Source: Camelus dromedarius (lineage: Eukaryota). From it: a stretch of DNA of 64,000 bases. Position 1 is the first letter of the stretch. Every line of letters begins with the position of its first letter. Made by a program: the position numbers and the translations under genes. The stretch is from positions 76,634,001 through 76,698,000 of the forward strand of contig NC_087437.1 in NCBI RefSeq assembly GCF_036321535.1, given 5' to 3'. Positions 27,143-39,436 of this stretch are shown here, in pieces. The notes under the pieces were generated by a model. It did not search any database and had not been told where the DNA came from. It saw only the letters and a list, made by a program, of their open reading frames with translations.

Positions 27143-27386
27143 AATTTGAAATAAAACATTTATAAATAACATCAAGCAGTTCATTGAAATTAAAATATAT
27201 CATGGACATCCAATGTTACCCCAATAATATAACAAATGGTTCAACAACAATACCTGTCAAAGTAATAAACATACTAAAGGACATAAAAAAACTTTTAAAT
27301 AAAACTTAAATGCATACTTCAGCAAACAAGGGCTAGAAGGGTTGTTATTATCTTGATGAAGGTTTTTTACAAAAATCTATAAAAAT

Positions 27387-27437
27387 ATGCATCCTGTTAA
27401 ATGTATATGCATCCTGTTAAAAATGCATCCTGTTAAA
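27387..27437. repeat. three copies of atgcatcctgttaaa
   Basis: Copies start at 27387, 27407 and 27423. Confidence 0.9.
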
Positions 27438-28279
27438 TTTGAAAAAGGGACGAGAAAGAAGGGCCATTATTACTGTGACTATTTAACAGGGCACCAGAGG
27501 CCCAGTCAATGAGACAGCAGCACTAACAGTGTAACTGGATAACCTGCAGAAGATGACTGTCGCATAGACAATCCAAATGAATCAGCTGACAAGCTATCAG
27601 AACTCATGAACTTATTCATCAAGGCAGCTAGATAAAATATCAGCATACAGAAGTAATTACTTTCCTATGTGTGAACTTAACAAGCTAGGGAATGCAGTAT
27701 TAATAATCCAAATAAAAATAGCTAATAGCAACAACAAAAAAATCCCACAAAACTGTAAAGCGCCCAAGAAAAAAGCCAGTAAGTAATGTCCAAGAAACTC
27801 AGGATTAAATTTTTTTAAATATCTAAAATGTTAAGGAATTTTATTAGAAGAGCTGCATACATGGAGAGAAAGAATATTTTATGGGTGAGGTAATTTATAA
27901 TTTTAAATATTTTAATTCTCATAAAGCAAATCTACTTTAGATCTATAATTTAAAGTCAAACCATTCAAAATTAATAGATTTTTTTCCCCATGAACTTCAG
28001 AAACTGATGAAAATTTATAAGTAAAAATTGAAAAAATAGCCAAGACAATCTTGAAAGAGAAGCAGTGGTAGAAGCATGCCCTATTAAAACATTAAAAAAA
28101 TTATAGCAATTAAATAGGAATTAAGTAATTATTAAATGAAAAAATATTAGAAAATAGATAAATGGAGTAAAGAGCCCGAAAATGTTAATTTCTCTCTTGC
28201 CCTCTCTGAATTTGACATATTATAAAGGGTACGTTTTAGATAAGTAGGGAGAATAGATTTTTCAGTAAATAAGATAATA

Positions 28280-28419
28280 GAGGGGGCCATATAGCTCAAG
28301 TGGTAGAGCGCATGCTTAGCATTCACAAGGCCCTGGGTTCAATCCCCAGCACCTCCTCTAAAAATAAGTTAGCAAACCTAATTACCTCCTCCACAAAATA
28401 TTAAAAAATATGTATATAA
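28280..28419 (+). mobile_element. tRNA-Ala-derived camelid SINE (Vic-1 type)
   Basis: A box tagctcaagtgg, B box ggttcaatcc, tail cctaattacctcc and A-rich end. Perfect 16-bp TSD agtaaataagataata (28264-28279 and 28420-28435). Confidence 0.9.
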
Positions 28420-30899
28420 AGTAAATAAGATAATAAGTTGGTATGTATTCCACAAAATTTTTAAGATATTCACACAACTCACAAAATAAACATTGAATAT
28501 ATTTATGTGAAAATAAATTATAAAAAATATTGGAAGACAATATAGAAGAATGCATATTTGATCTTTAGGCTGGAAAAAACTCTTCTAAAATAAGTCAAAT
28601 AACCAAAACTTATGAAGGAAAATTGACATTAAATTAAAATTCAACTACAAGAGACACCTTACAATATTAAATAAAAATATAAGAATATTTGAAACATAGA
28701 TAATATGAAAATACGAATATTTAGAATATACAGAAAGCTCCACGAATCAATAAGAAAAAACAACCTTATAGGGAAAAATGGAGGGGACACTTACGTACGT
28801 AAATCATGGAAGATGAAAAAAAGCTCATTCTCAGTGGTAGTAATAGATACATTCTGACATTGCTATTGGAAGGTTTATGGATTAGTGTTTATGTATATAT
28901 AATACATGTAAAATACTATATGCTTTTATATACATATTAAATACATATATAGTATTATATCTCATGTTTAGTGTTTCTACATAAATCTATAAAAATGAGA
29001 AGGATGCAAACTCTACTGCTAATGTTGGGTACCTCTTGGGAGGACCCTGAAATTTAAGTTTGTTGTCAACATTTTCTTTAATCTCACAATGTCTTAATTT
29101 TGCAAGGAAAACTATGTATTATGTGTGTTTGAAATTATTTTAATCAATTTATGTATAAAATATTAAAAAGGTAAAATGACCAATTCACATAAATATTTTT
29201 TTACTAATTTCCAAGTTCTAGATATTAGTACCCTAAGCCAGTTCATATAACAACCAAACAATCTAACGAACGTTGAGTTTGGAAAAACAATTACAAACAT
29301 TTATCTAAATTATCACGAATAAAGCACCAAAGTTTTTATGCTTTATATGGGTGTCTGACATCACCTAAGTCTCACACAGTAGCTAACACTCTCATTTTTG
29401 TCCCTTGCGGAATTTGAGAAGATTAATGTTAATCTTCCAGGCTACACTGACATTTTTTAGAGTTTGTATATGAAGGCATATGTATATTCCTAGGGATAAA
29501 GCTATAACCTTCTAAATCATTCTTGTCATTTGTTGAGAGTAATACAAACAATTATTTAATTCCACTTTGTGAAAAAATTTTAAAAACATTTTTAAAAAGT
29601 GAATTCATAGCTTTACTCTGAAAGACAGGGAAATGATATTACAATATTTGTAGCGCAGAGATGCAAGAATATTCAAAATGTGGTGTAATTTAGAAGTGAT
29701 CAAATTATGTTAGAAAAAGGCCATAGTTTGGTAACAGACAATGATGATAACATAGTCTGAAGGAGATTTCCTAATTTGTTTCCTGAAGAGAATTGATGGA
29801 AATGGAACCTTGACATTTGTAAGCCATCCTCTTATACAGAAAGCAGACCCAAGCACAACTAGGAAGGTGATGAAAGGCAGCCACCTTATTGTTCTACACT
29901 TCAGCAGCTCACTTATTTATTAGGTAGAAAGCTTTTTACATCAGAGAGAGAAGACTTGTTCAAGATTAGGATAAAAGAGTGGACTTTTTTATGAGAGAAA
30001 GCTGCCACAGAGTAATAATATGCATAGACAAATAATACAATCAGAAGCACTTCAACTGTTAATCCTATTGACGAGCTCTCCATACGTGCAATAAGCTCAA
30101 TTTTTCTTGCAGAGAAAATGGTTTTCCCTGCCTCTCTTTCTAGTCACCTTCATAATCTTTATGCTTAAAAACTAAAATTTACCTTGAGCCCACAATTTAA
30201 GGTAAAAAACATTGATTAAATTTAGTTTTACTTTTAAACTTCCATTAAGTTGAAAACTTCTGTTCCAAATTGACTATTCAACATTTCTCATCACCATGCC
30301 AATTCTTTTAAATTGTTTCCCAATATTCTACATTATATATATATATAGTATGGCAGCATCTGCTGTAAGAAATCTGTCATAAAACCTGTTAAGAAGATGA
30401 AGATAAAGATGACAGTGGCAGTAGGCTAGGCATGTATATAAGTATGTTAAGAAAATAGAATATCATAATTGTTTTTCTCAGGACACTTGACCTTGTACTT
30501 CCTGGTAGGCAAGGATGAAAGGAAAACAAGTAGGTGTATAGTCATCATAGTCTCTTAAAAAGAATAACTCAGATTTTCAGGATTTAAAAAAAAAACAAAT
30601 CTTGTACAGAATTTTAACAGAAGATCAGTTAGTGAATCATTACATAAAAGAAAATGAGTAAAAAATTTTAACCAAGCTTTTAAAATTAATTTTTACCTTC
30701 CTTTCATTATACTAATGCTTGCCAGAAGCTAATATTTCTTTGTTATTTTTTCCTTCTAAATGTTTTAAACATTTTCTCTCCTTGTCTTTTCTAATAGTAG
30801 TGACGCAGATTTGTTTTGAAAACATGCAAAGCAAAAACAAATTAAATCTCTCATGGTACTTCTATAAAGCCAGAGTTACTCTCAACTTTTTGGAATATT

Positions 30900-32200
30900 G
30901 TGTTCCAGGCTTCTTCGAAGTACATTTTATGTAGTTGGGAATATAATGAATATTTGTGTATCCTTTCTTATTAATACCATTTCATAGACAGTTGTTCACA
31001 ATATTTAAAAATCTTTGTAAAATCTTTATTATTCATATATCAGGATTGAATTTAATCATTTCCCAAAGTTGAATATTTATGTTGTGTCCAGTGTTTTACT
31101 GGTAACAAGCAATTCAGTAATAGGTGATGTTGACATAAATGATCTTTTCAGTTTAATTTCATAAAACAGAGCTTTAAACAGAATCACGTGGTCACAGGTT
31201 TTGGATAGTTTCCAAGCAACTAATGACTGGATTGTTCTTCATAAAAATTGTATCAGTTTAGGCTATTATCAGTTGTGGTTGGGAGTGCCTTGCTTCAATG
31301 CACCATTTCCAGAACTGGATGTTCTTGTTTTTTAATCATTGTTTATTTTGTGCACTAAAATTGTATTATAGCGGACGCCTCTCTCTCTCTGTTTGGAGAC
31401 GGCCCGCACTCTTGTCTATGGAGTGTGTACCTACTTTTAATCTGAGCATCCAACCCCCCACACCTCATGGCAGATTCAAGTAGCTCTTAGCTGGTGGCTG
31501 ACACTGCCTGCAGGATCTGGCAGAGACCAGCTCTCTAGCTGTGAAGGAGCCCACTGAGCCCAAGGCTTTTCTCCCCTCTATCTTTAGTCTTTCTCTAAGC
31601 CACCGATCCCATAAAAACTAGTAACATGCTGCCTCGTGGCCACCTCTCTCCCTCCGTGTGGAGATGGCCTGCCCTCTGTCTATGGAGTGTGTACCTACTT
31701 TTAATCTGAGCACCCAACCCCCACACCTTCTGGCCTTTCTCTTGCCTTTCAGTGTATCTCTTTGAATAAATCTACCTTTACTCAAAAACAAAAAAATTGG
31801 ATTATAGTGATTTAATTTACCAAGTAAGTGATTATTAGTGATGTTGAACATTTGTTCAAGTGTTTATTACACATTTATTTTTACTATTTCAACTACTTCT
31901 TCAACCAAGAAGTTTAAGAAATTATTCTTCAGGTATTTTTCCATGACAGATAGGAGGATCTTTTATTTTTATTTATTTGTTTGTGTCAGTTCTTTACATA
32001 AGAAAAGTAATGATTTATCATATTATAACATTTTATATTGTGATTTTAATCTCTGTATTATTGTAGATATATTGTCTAAACTTCTGTAATTGGCCCTTTT
32101 CTCACAGTAATCAACCCACTTACTGTATATATTTTTTAAATATGTTAATTATTTCTTTGTGGCTTGTTATCAATTTTTGTGAATAGTTCATAAATACAGG
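30900..32200 (-). mobile_element. old L1ME fragment, interrupted by the insertion at 31372-31792
   Basis: Antisense L1 motifs (tatttatgttgtgtccagtgtttt, gattattagtgatgttgaacattt). Confidence 0.6.
31372..31792 (+). mobile_element. retroposed ERV-LTR-derived mini-transcript, R-linker-U3end-R-(A)n
   Basis: Two R-like repeats (31372-31471 and 31637-31784), TATA-like cataaaaa at 31610-31617, AATAAA at 31765-31770, A tail. 15-bp TSD aaaattg(t/g)attatag at 31357-31371 and 31793-31807. Confidence 0.8.
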
Positions 32201-32492
32201 ACAGATGAATCTCCTTGAAGTAAGTGATTTTCTTAATTTGGTTTAGGATACAAAAAATTATCTGATGTGGATATTGACTAAGTACATTGGAGGACTAATG
32301 TTGAATTACGTTAAAAATTGTGTTATATAATTATAATTATGTATTTTTGGCATCTGTTTTATTTTTTAACATAAAAATATAAATAATATGTTTTTGATAA
32401 TGTTTTCAAAAAATAGGTTTATAATCCAATGTTTATGGGTAAGCAGCAATATATATGCAGTTATTGATGTCGGCTGTTTTATTTTTACTTAT

Positions 32493-32602
32493 CTTTTTTA
32501 AACTTTTTTTTGAGTTATAGTCATTTTACAGTGTTGTGTCAGATTCCAGTGTAGAGCACAATTTTTCAGTTATTCATGAATATACATATATTCATTGTCA
32601 TA
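32493..32602 (-). mobile_element. 5'-truncated young L1 3' end (camelid type)
   Basis: T tail + gagttatagtcattttacagtgttgtgtcagattccagtgtagagcac. Perfect 13-bp TSD tatttttacttat (32480-32492 and 32603-32615). Confidence 0.85.
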
Positions 32603-33644
32603 TATTTTTACTTATTTTTGTCAATTTTTAAATAAAAACTATTTTTTTACAGTTCACAGCCTGGCCTCACGCCTATTAAAAAACAGTTCTAAGTAAGAAG
32701 TAGCATGTTGCTTTCTAAAGACTGATGACAGTGTTACATTAATAGGTTTTATCTGATTCAATAGTCATATAATCACTATTTTCAGAAATTAATATTTTAA
32801 AAATATTCTGTTGACAATGAACACTTTTAAAATTAGACTCCAATACTGTTGTCCAAAATTTATGAAACAGTCCTGAAGAAAGTGCCTTAAATATAATTAT
32901 GCAAACTTTGACAGCAGCTGAGTGGAAATTTGTCAGCATTCAAGTTATGAAGTGTTGGTGATTAGTTTTGGATGCGCGCAACATTATAGACTCTGAACTC
33001 TTAAGGTCAATAAATGTCTAGAAACAAATTTGGAGTAATTATGTTTTTGCCTTACATGCCCCTGTTACTATAAGTGGAGATGTCAGCTTAACACACCTGA
33101 GGGTCTTGCTTGATCTGAATGCTTATTGTAATATTTAAAGGTTCCTGCAACTTTCACAAGGGCTATGAAATTGCTTTACAAAAAAATGAAGGAAGCCTGT
33201 ATTTCTTTTTTTTTTTCACAGTAGGAATGTTTTCATTTATTTTTATTTTTTTCAAGAATGAGAAATCCAATTCTAGATTATTGATGGTAATGGTCCACAA
33301 AGAAAAATCAGTGAATTGTGTGTTTTTACAAAGATTTTTGCTCAGAAATCAATTAAGCAACACTGCCCCTATGCTTTCTCTAACTGAAACATACCAGAGA
33401 GAGAATGCCTAAATATTCCTAAAAGCAGACAGTAAAATGAAATAACACACATTAACTAGAGTTTGTAGTGAGGAAGGAGAAAGAAAGATTAGTGAAATGT
33501 TTATATTCCTTTCTGTTCAGAGCAAGTTTTATTTGTTAACCTGCGACTGTTTCAGAGATAGCATTTAAGTTCTAGATTTTTTGCATACAAGAAATGTGAC
33601 TTTGCATTGTATTCTTACTACAAATTTGTAAGATGATAAAACCT

Positions 33645-34935
33645 TTTTAAATTGATTTTTTATTGAGGTAAAATAATATATAGGCATCCAACATTATGGT
33701 TTGACATCTGTGTTCACTACAGAGTGATCATAACCAAAAGTCTGGTTATCATCCATCACCATATGCTTGACTGCCTTCATCCACTTCCCAACCTCCTTCC
33801 CCTCTGGTAACCACCAATCTGTTCTCTGTGTCTATGAGTTTGCTTTTGTTTTGTTTTATTTGTTCATTTTGTTTTTAGATTCCACATGAGTGAAATCATA
33901 AGCTTTTTGTCTTTCATATTTTGACTTATTTCACTTAACATAATACCCTCAATGTCCATCTGTGTAATTGTAAATAGTAAGAGAACATTCTTTCTTATGG
34001 CTGAGTAGTATTCTATTATGAATGTATACCACATCTTTTTTATCCATTCATCCGGCAGTAGACACTTCGATTGTTTTCATGTCTTGCTATTGTTAAGTAA
34101 TGCTTCTATGAACATTGGGGTATATATTTTCAAATTAGTTTGTTCTTTTCTTCAGATAAATACCCAGAAGTGGAACAGCCCCTTGTTGTTTTCCATAGTG
34201 GTTGAACCAATTTACATTTCTACCAACAGTGTACAAGTTTTCCCTTTTCTCCACATCTTTGCTAACAATGATTATTTCTTCTTTTTGGTAATAGCCATTC
34301 TGATAGGTGTGAGGTGATATCTCGTTGTGGTTTTGATTTGCATATCCATGAAAGTGATATTGAACATCTTTTGGTGTCTGCTGGTCACCTGTATGTCTTT
34401 TTTGGAAAAATGTCTATTCAGATCCTCAGCTCATTTTTTAATCAGGTTTGTTTTTTGTTAAGTTGTATGATTTTTTTTTTATTTTGTATAAGTTTTTTAT
34501 GTATTTTAGATATTAACTCTTTGTCGGATGTGTGATTTGCAAATATCTTCTGCCATTCAGTAGGTTGCCGTTTCATTGTTATGCTGGTTTATCCTTTGCT
34601 GCGGTTTTTAGTTAGATGTAGTTCTGTTTGTTTAATTTTGCTTTTGTTTGCCTTGCTTTCAGAGTCAGATCCACAAAAACATTGCTAAGATTGATGTCAG
34701 TGAGGTTACCACGTATGTTTTCCTCTAGGAGTTTTATTGTTTCAGGTCTTACATTTAAGTCTTTAATCCATTTTCAGTTAGTTTTTGTTTATGGTGTAAC
34801 AGTGGTCTAATTTTATTCTTTTGCATGTGGCTCTCCAGTTTTCCCAACACCATTTATTGAAGAGATTCTCCTTTATCCACTGTATATTCTTGGCTCCTTT
34901 GTTGTAAAGTAACTGTTCGTATATGTATGGCTTTA
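33645..34935 (-). mobile_element. L1 3' region (L1MA9/10-like lineage)
   Basis: cccctctggtaaccaccaatctgttctctg..., atagccattctgataggtgtgaggtgatatctc, cagttttcccaacaccatttattgaagaga. Confidence 0.9.
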
Positions 34936-35343
34936 GACATCACCTGTATTTCTAAAACTTCTTAGAAACAGTTACAATACTGTTGATTATTTGGTTATTA
35001 TTATAGATATGATGATAGATGAGATGGGATAACATTTTAAGCATTTTAATGTAACAGGATATATGATAGATATGATGGGAAGATAACTCTGCTGGAAGTT
35101 AAAAGACTAATTAGTTTAATAGCTTAGACAAATTATTTTAACTCTCTCTGCCCTACTATATTTGTTTATAAGCTGGAGGTATTTGTTAAAGGAGCACTAA
35201 ATCCTTGTTACGGTATTAAAGTCAGAAAAAAAGTATATATATATCAAATACAGATTCTTAGGATACAAGATTTAAAATATCATTACGCTTCGAATTTTGG
35301 AGGCATATAAGCATGGACATCTTAGTCTTCTTTAAATGGTATA

Positions 35344-37911
35344 TGTAGCAGATTGTATTTTACCAAAATGGTTGCAACAAGTCATCTTACTTTACCTGCA
35401 TTTCTTGTGTTACAGGCATTTCTCCCACCTAAAAGTTCAGGCAATAGGGGAGGGTTGTCTGTGTTACCTTTCCTTGAATTTGGGCATGCCTTTGACTAAG
35501 GCAAAAGCCACACTATGTCTTCCAAAGATAGGCCATAAAAGGCAATACAACTTATTCTTTGAACATAATTACCATGCTGTGAGGAGATGAAGAGACCATA
35601 TGGATAGGCCATATGTGGGTGTTCTGACTGATAACTCTAGCCAAGGGCCAAGCTAATAGCCAGCATTAACATCAAGACACCTGAGTGACCAAAGCTTCAG
35701 GTGGTTTCAGCTCTCAGCCTTTGAGTCTTCCCAGCTGATAACTCCAGACATTGTGGAGAAGAAGCAAGCCATCACTTTTGTGTCCTGTCTAAATTTCTGA
35801 TGCACAGAAACTGAGTTATAATAAATATCCATGAAGCATTGGAGCAATTTGTTGCCTGGCAACAGAAAACCAGAACAGATTTGGATGCTAGGAATGGGCA
35901 GCTAAACAATTAAAACGTGTGGCTTTGGCTTTGGATGGCGGATGGAAGCTGGAAGGACAATTCAGAAGACTGCTAGGGAAAGCCTAAGAGGCCTTGAGAA
36001 CAAGTTAGGGGATGCCTGAAGTACCCTAAGGAGTGAGTGAGTGGACACTTAAAGGCCACAAGGAAGCTATTGGTGAGACCTTAAAGGAAAGTAAGAAAAA
36101 TGTCATTGGAGACTAAAGTTAAAGAAACCATGGTTGTGTAGTGGCAAAAAGTTTGGTGACACTGTCACTTGCAGCATATGGAAAATAGTAAATGAATCTA
36201 GTGAATTCTGTGATCTAGTTAAAAACTTTTCCAGAGAGAATACTAAAAGTGTCACTGAACTTCTTGGCACCCATGATAAAATATGAAAAGAGAGAGATAA
36301 GCTAAAAATCAAACTGTTAAAAATAAGGGAGCCAGGAATCATATGTAAAAATAAAGCTTTTTTCATGCCCACCTCTTCAAAAGGAAAATGATTCTAAAAT
36401 TAATAAAAGTCTTCCTAATGCACGTCAAATCCACATCATTGTCAGGAAAACATTGTCTAAAGAAAAAAACCAAAAATATGACTGGATAACTTTTTTTTAA
36501 GACCTTAGATTTAAGGTGGTGCCTCAGAGACTTCTTTAGACAGACTAAACCCTCTCTAAGGACCTTATGGATATGCCTTACAGATCTCTGTTAATAAGGC
36601 TTCAAAATTCTTATCTGTGTTGAACCACAGCAGCCTTTCAAGGAGGACTAGCCTAGAAGAGATTTGTGGTTTATGGTTTTTGCCTAATGAAGTAGATCAA
36701 CACCAAAAAACAGTTATAGAAAAATCCCATGGGATTTTTAGTATCATGGAAGCACCATCAGCTTGGACTGAAAGGGACAGAGAGATTACAAATAAAGGAG
36801 ACTTTCAGTCCTTTTTCTTCCAATTTCTACCAACAGGTTACATCTTGAGAAAACTACTCAGCAGCAAACATGAGCTCACATACATAAAAGGAAAGATAAT
36901 TCATAGAGCAGAACCAGAATTCATGGAGAAGTACTGCTAGGGAGCAGTCCTGTGTTTTAATCCAGGGACTGGCAATACATATCAGGATGTCAGAATTGCT
37001 GTTAACTAGTGACTGCTGTGTGCCTCCTGTTTCTCCCCTTTTTGAATGGGAGTTCTAGAGTGTTTATCCAGTGCCTGTCCTGCTATTGCTGCCTGAGTCG
37101 TTTGTAGGAAAGACACTGCTCTGGTAATCTATTAATGCCTAACTCATCTTCTTATGTCTTAGGTCTCTAGCTGGAAAGGAAGAGTGTTTAAGGAATGTAG
37201 TTGAGGAATCTCAGCTGAGGGGCCCCGTTCTCTTGATTTAGATGATCTCATGGACTTTGAGCTGTTACTGTAATGGAATGAGATTGGTAGCCTTGATGGT
37301 GGGAATGGAGGTGGTTTGTATGCTTGAGGGATGTGAATTATAGTGGCCAGAAGGTGGACTATAGCAGGTTCTATTTTCCATGTTGACAGCAACAGTAAGA
37401 TCGTCTGTGCTTTGTGTTCTTATACTGTGACGTGGATTCTCTTCCTTAGAGTCTGGGTGACTATGGTAGAAGTGAAGTGATATAACCTCTGAACCTAAAC
37501 AGCAAATGGTGTTAGAGCTTCTGCCTGCTCTTTCTGGAATATTTATTCTTAGAACTCTCTCACTATGCACTAAAGAAGCAGAAAAACCATGAGAGACTAT
37601 GGCTAAGTATTTTGGCCAATGACCATAATAAACCCATAGCTGAGGCCCAAGTCCGTAGTTGGCCACAACCTTTAGAAATGTGAATGAATGGACTTTTAGA
37701 TGATTTTGCCCTCTAGCCATCCAGTTACTTCCACTCTTCAAGTCTTCTCAGCTGAGATGTCAAACATCACAGGAAAGACACAAGCTGGTCCCACTGTGCC
37801 CTGGGCAAATTCTTGACCCTCAGAAACCATGAGAGATATTTGAATGATTGTTGTCATTTTAAGCCACAGAGTTTTGGGGGATTTGTTGTGCAGTTGTAAA
37901 TAGCTGGAACA
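35344..37911 (+). mobile_element. complete MaLR element (MLT1G/H-type): 5' LTR 35344-35877, internal 35878-37359, 3' LTR 37360-37911
   Basis: The two LTRs have similar starts (tgtagcagattgtatttt / tatagcaggttctatttt) and ends (ccagaaca / ctggaaca). The internal part begins gatttggatgctagga and ends with purine-rich gccagaaggtggac. Confidence 0.85.
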
Positions 37912-38147
37912 CTGTTGTTTATAGAAATGATTTAGGAAACAAATACTACCTTTGTACTCATATTCCTTATATGCATGAGCTACAGTCATGGGATTAACAA
38001 TCCAATACATTTAAAGATAACATTATACAATTGATAGATATCTTTTGATTGAATTTCACGAAGTATTAGAGCACACATTCTGAACAATAGTCATATAACA
38101 TTGAAATAGAGTTTAGTAAATTTTTGTCTTGGAAATTGTCTTATTCT

Positions 38148-38740
38148 AGTCATTCATCAAACGCTTTTTGAGCACCTACTATATTACAGACACTGCATTA
38201 AGTTCTAGGGACACAGAGATGAGTAAGACTTCAGTCTCATCCTTAAGGAACTCATAAAGCTTTCTCAAACTGGAAAGTTTATCTCTAGTTATCAAAATAC
38301 TGTGACTTCTTGATCCAGAGTTTATTTCTCTGAGAAATCAAATTTATGTTTTCTTACTAGTTATAACTTGATCATACTCAATTTTTTTGTGGAGAGCTTT
38401 CCTCAATTTGCCCAACATATGAATATTTGGAAATGTTAGGTCTCCATTTTCTGTTGTATCTCCGTAACAATAGCACAATTTATTCATTTTTTAAATTTGG
38501 TCATTCAAAATACGTTAATTGAACATCTTCTATGTATTATGCTAGATTACTCAGGATGAAGTGGTAGACCAGATTAATAGTCTCTCTGTCCCAGAACTCA
38601 GTCTAGTGCGGGATGCAGAAAAGTAAGTAATTGCAGTACAGTGCTATGATAGGACAGGACACAACGAGCTCATGGACACGGCACCTGGTTCACTTTGGGG
38701 GTGAAGGAATCCTCCTTGGAGGATGCCACTCCCATGAAAT
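38148..38740 (-). mobile_element. two L2 3'-end fragments
   Basis: cattcatcaaacgctttttgagcacctactat... and tcattcaaaatacgttaattgaacatcttctatgt. Confidence 0.65.
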
Positions 38741-38937
38741 TGAAGTATTTTCTGATTCCCAGGTTTCATAGAGCTCCCTCCATCTCTTCCTTTCTTAAAT
38801 ATTCTATATTTCCCAGGATCTTAAAGATTCACACTTGAAATTTTTTTATCCTGGCACCCTCTCCAGAACCAGATCCTCTGACTCATAATTAACAAATAAT
38901 AGTAGACATTTACTTTTATTACACACAGATTCAGCCT

Positions 38938-39436
38938 AGGCTTTAACTCTTAATATTTACAAGGCCCCAGAAAGATACATACAAACAGAGGCCATTTGCC
39001 ATATGTCTGACTACTTGAAAGTTATAAGTCAGGCCAAGAAACTGCTTAATAAAATGTATGCTATCCTCCTTCTTTAACAAATATACTCTTATAATTACCT
39101 GGAAGGCCAAGCTCAAATTTGAATTATTGGATCTTCCATCCACATCTACTAAAAAAAGTCATCCTTGACTGTACCTCAGGTCTAGGGTTAATCACACCAG
39201 TTGATACACCCTCAGAAGTGAGGCCCTGGAAAGTGCTTAAGCAGGCCCAGAAAAAAGGTTGGGCTATTTGGAGAGGACATAGTGGGGTCCTGGGTACAGA
39301 GAGAATGGTCCAAAAGTGGGGGCATATGTCGTCTTGGGCCTAGTCCTACAGCCCCACAGACTCCTCACCTCGTACGTTGGAAGCTAGTGGGGGACAGCAA
39401 GAGCAGTGTTCTCTTTCCCTGCTAAAGGGCGGTATG
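38938..39436. mobile_element. MER115-like hAT-Tip100 DNA transposon
   Basis: catatgtctgactacttgaaagttataagtcag...acctggaaggccaagctcaaattt...gggctatttgg...ggggtcctgggtac...ctaaagggcggta follows the recalled MER115 consensus. Confidence 0.75.

Larger units (their letters stand above)
25540..29170 (+). mobile_element. old L1 (L1ME/HAL1-like ORF1 plus ORF2 pieces) hosting younger insertions
   Basis: gtcttcagattgaaag...aaaagcttccagagaagg (ORF1-like); aatatagatgca...aataaaacatt and atagccaagacaatcttgaaagagaag (ORF2-like). Confidence 0.7.

Noticed and set aside
27387..27437. Short repeats with spacers (CRISPR-like)
   Set aside because: Spacers are only 1-5 bp, in a mammalian L1 relic; slippage duplication.
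28281..28356. tRNA-Ala-like genes (also at 50964 and 58444)
   Set aside because: A-rich tails, a TSD and disrupted stems identify them as SINEs, not functional tRNAs.
26968..31851. Paralogous-looking ORFs sharing LSKGRFIQRDTLKGKRKA... and MECVPTFN
   Set aside because: The similarity comes from the shared non-coding LTR R repeat. Starts and stops lie in unrelated flanks, so this is not a peptide family.
37265..37741. Longest ORF (158 aa)
   Set aside because: Antisense to the MaLR internal/3' LTR junction; a chance frame with no recognisable domain.
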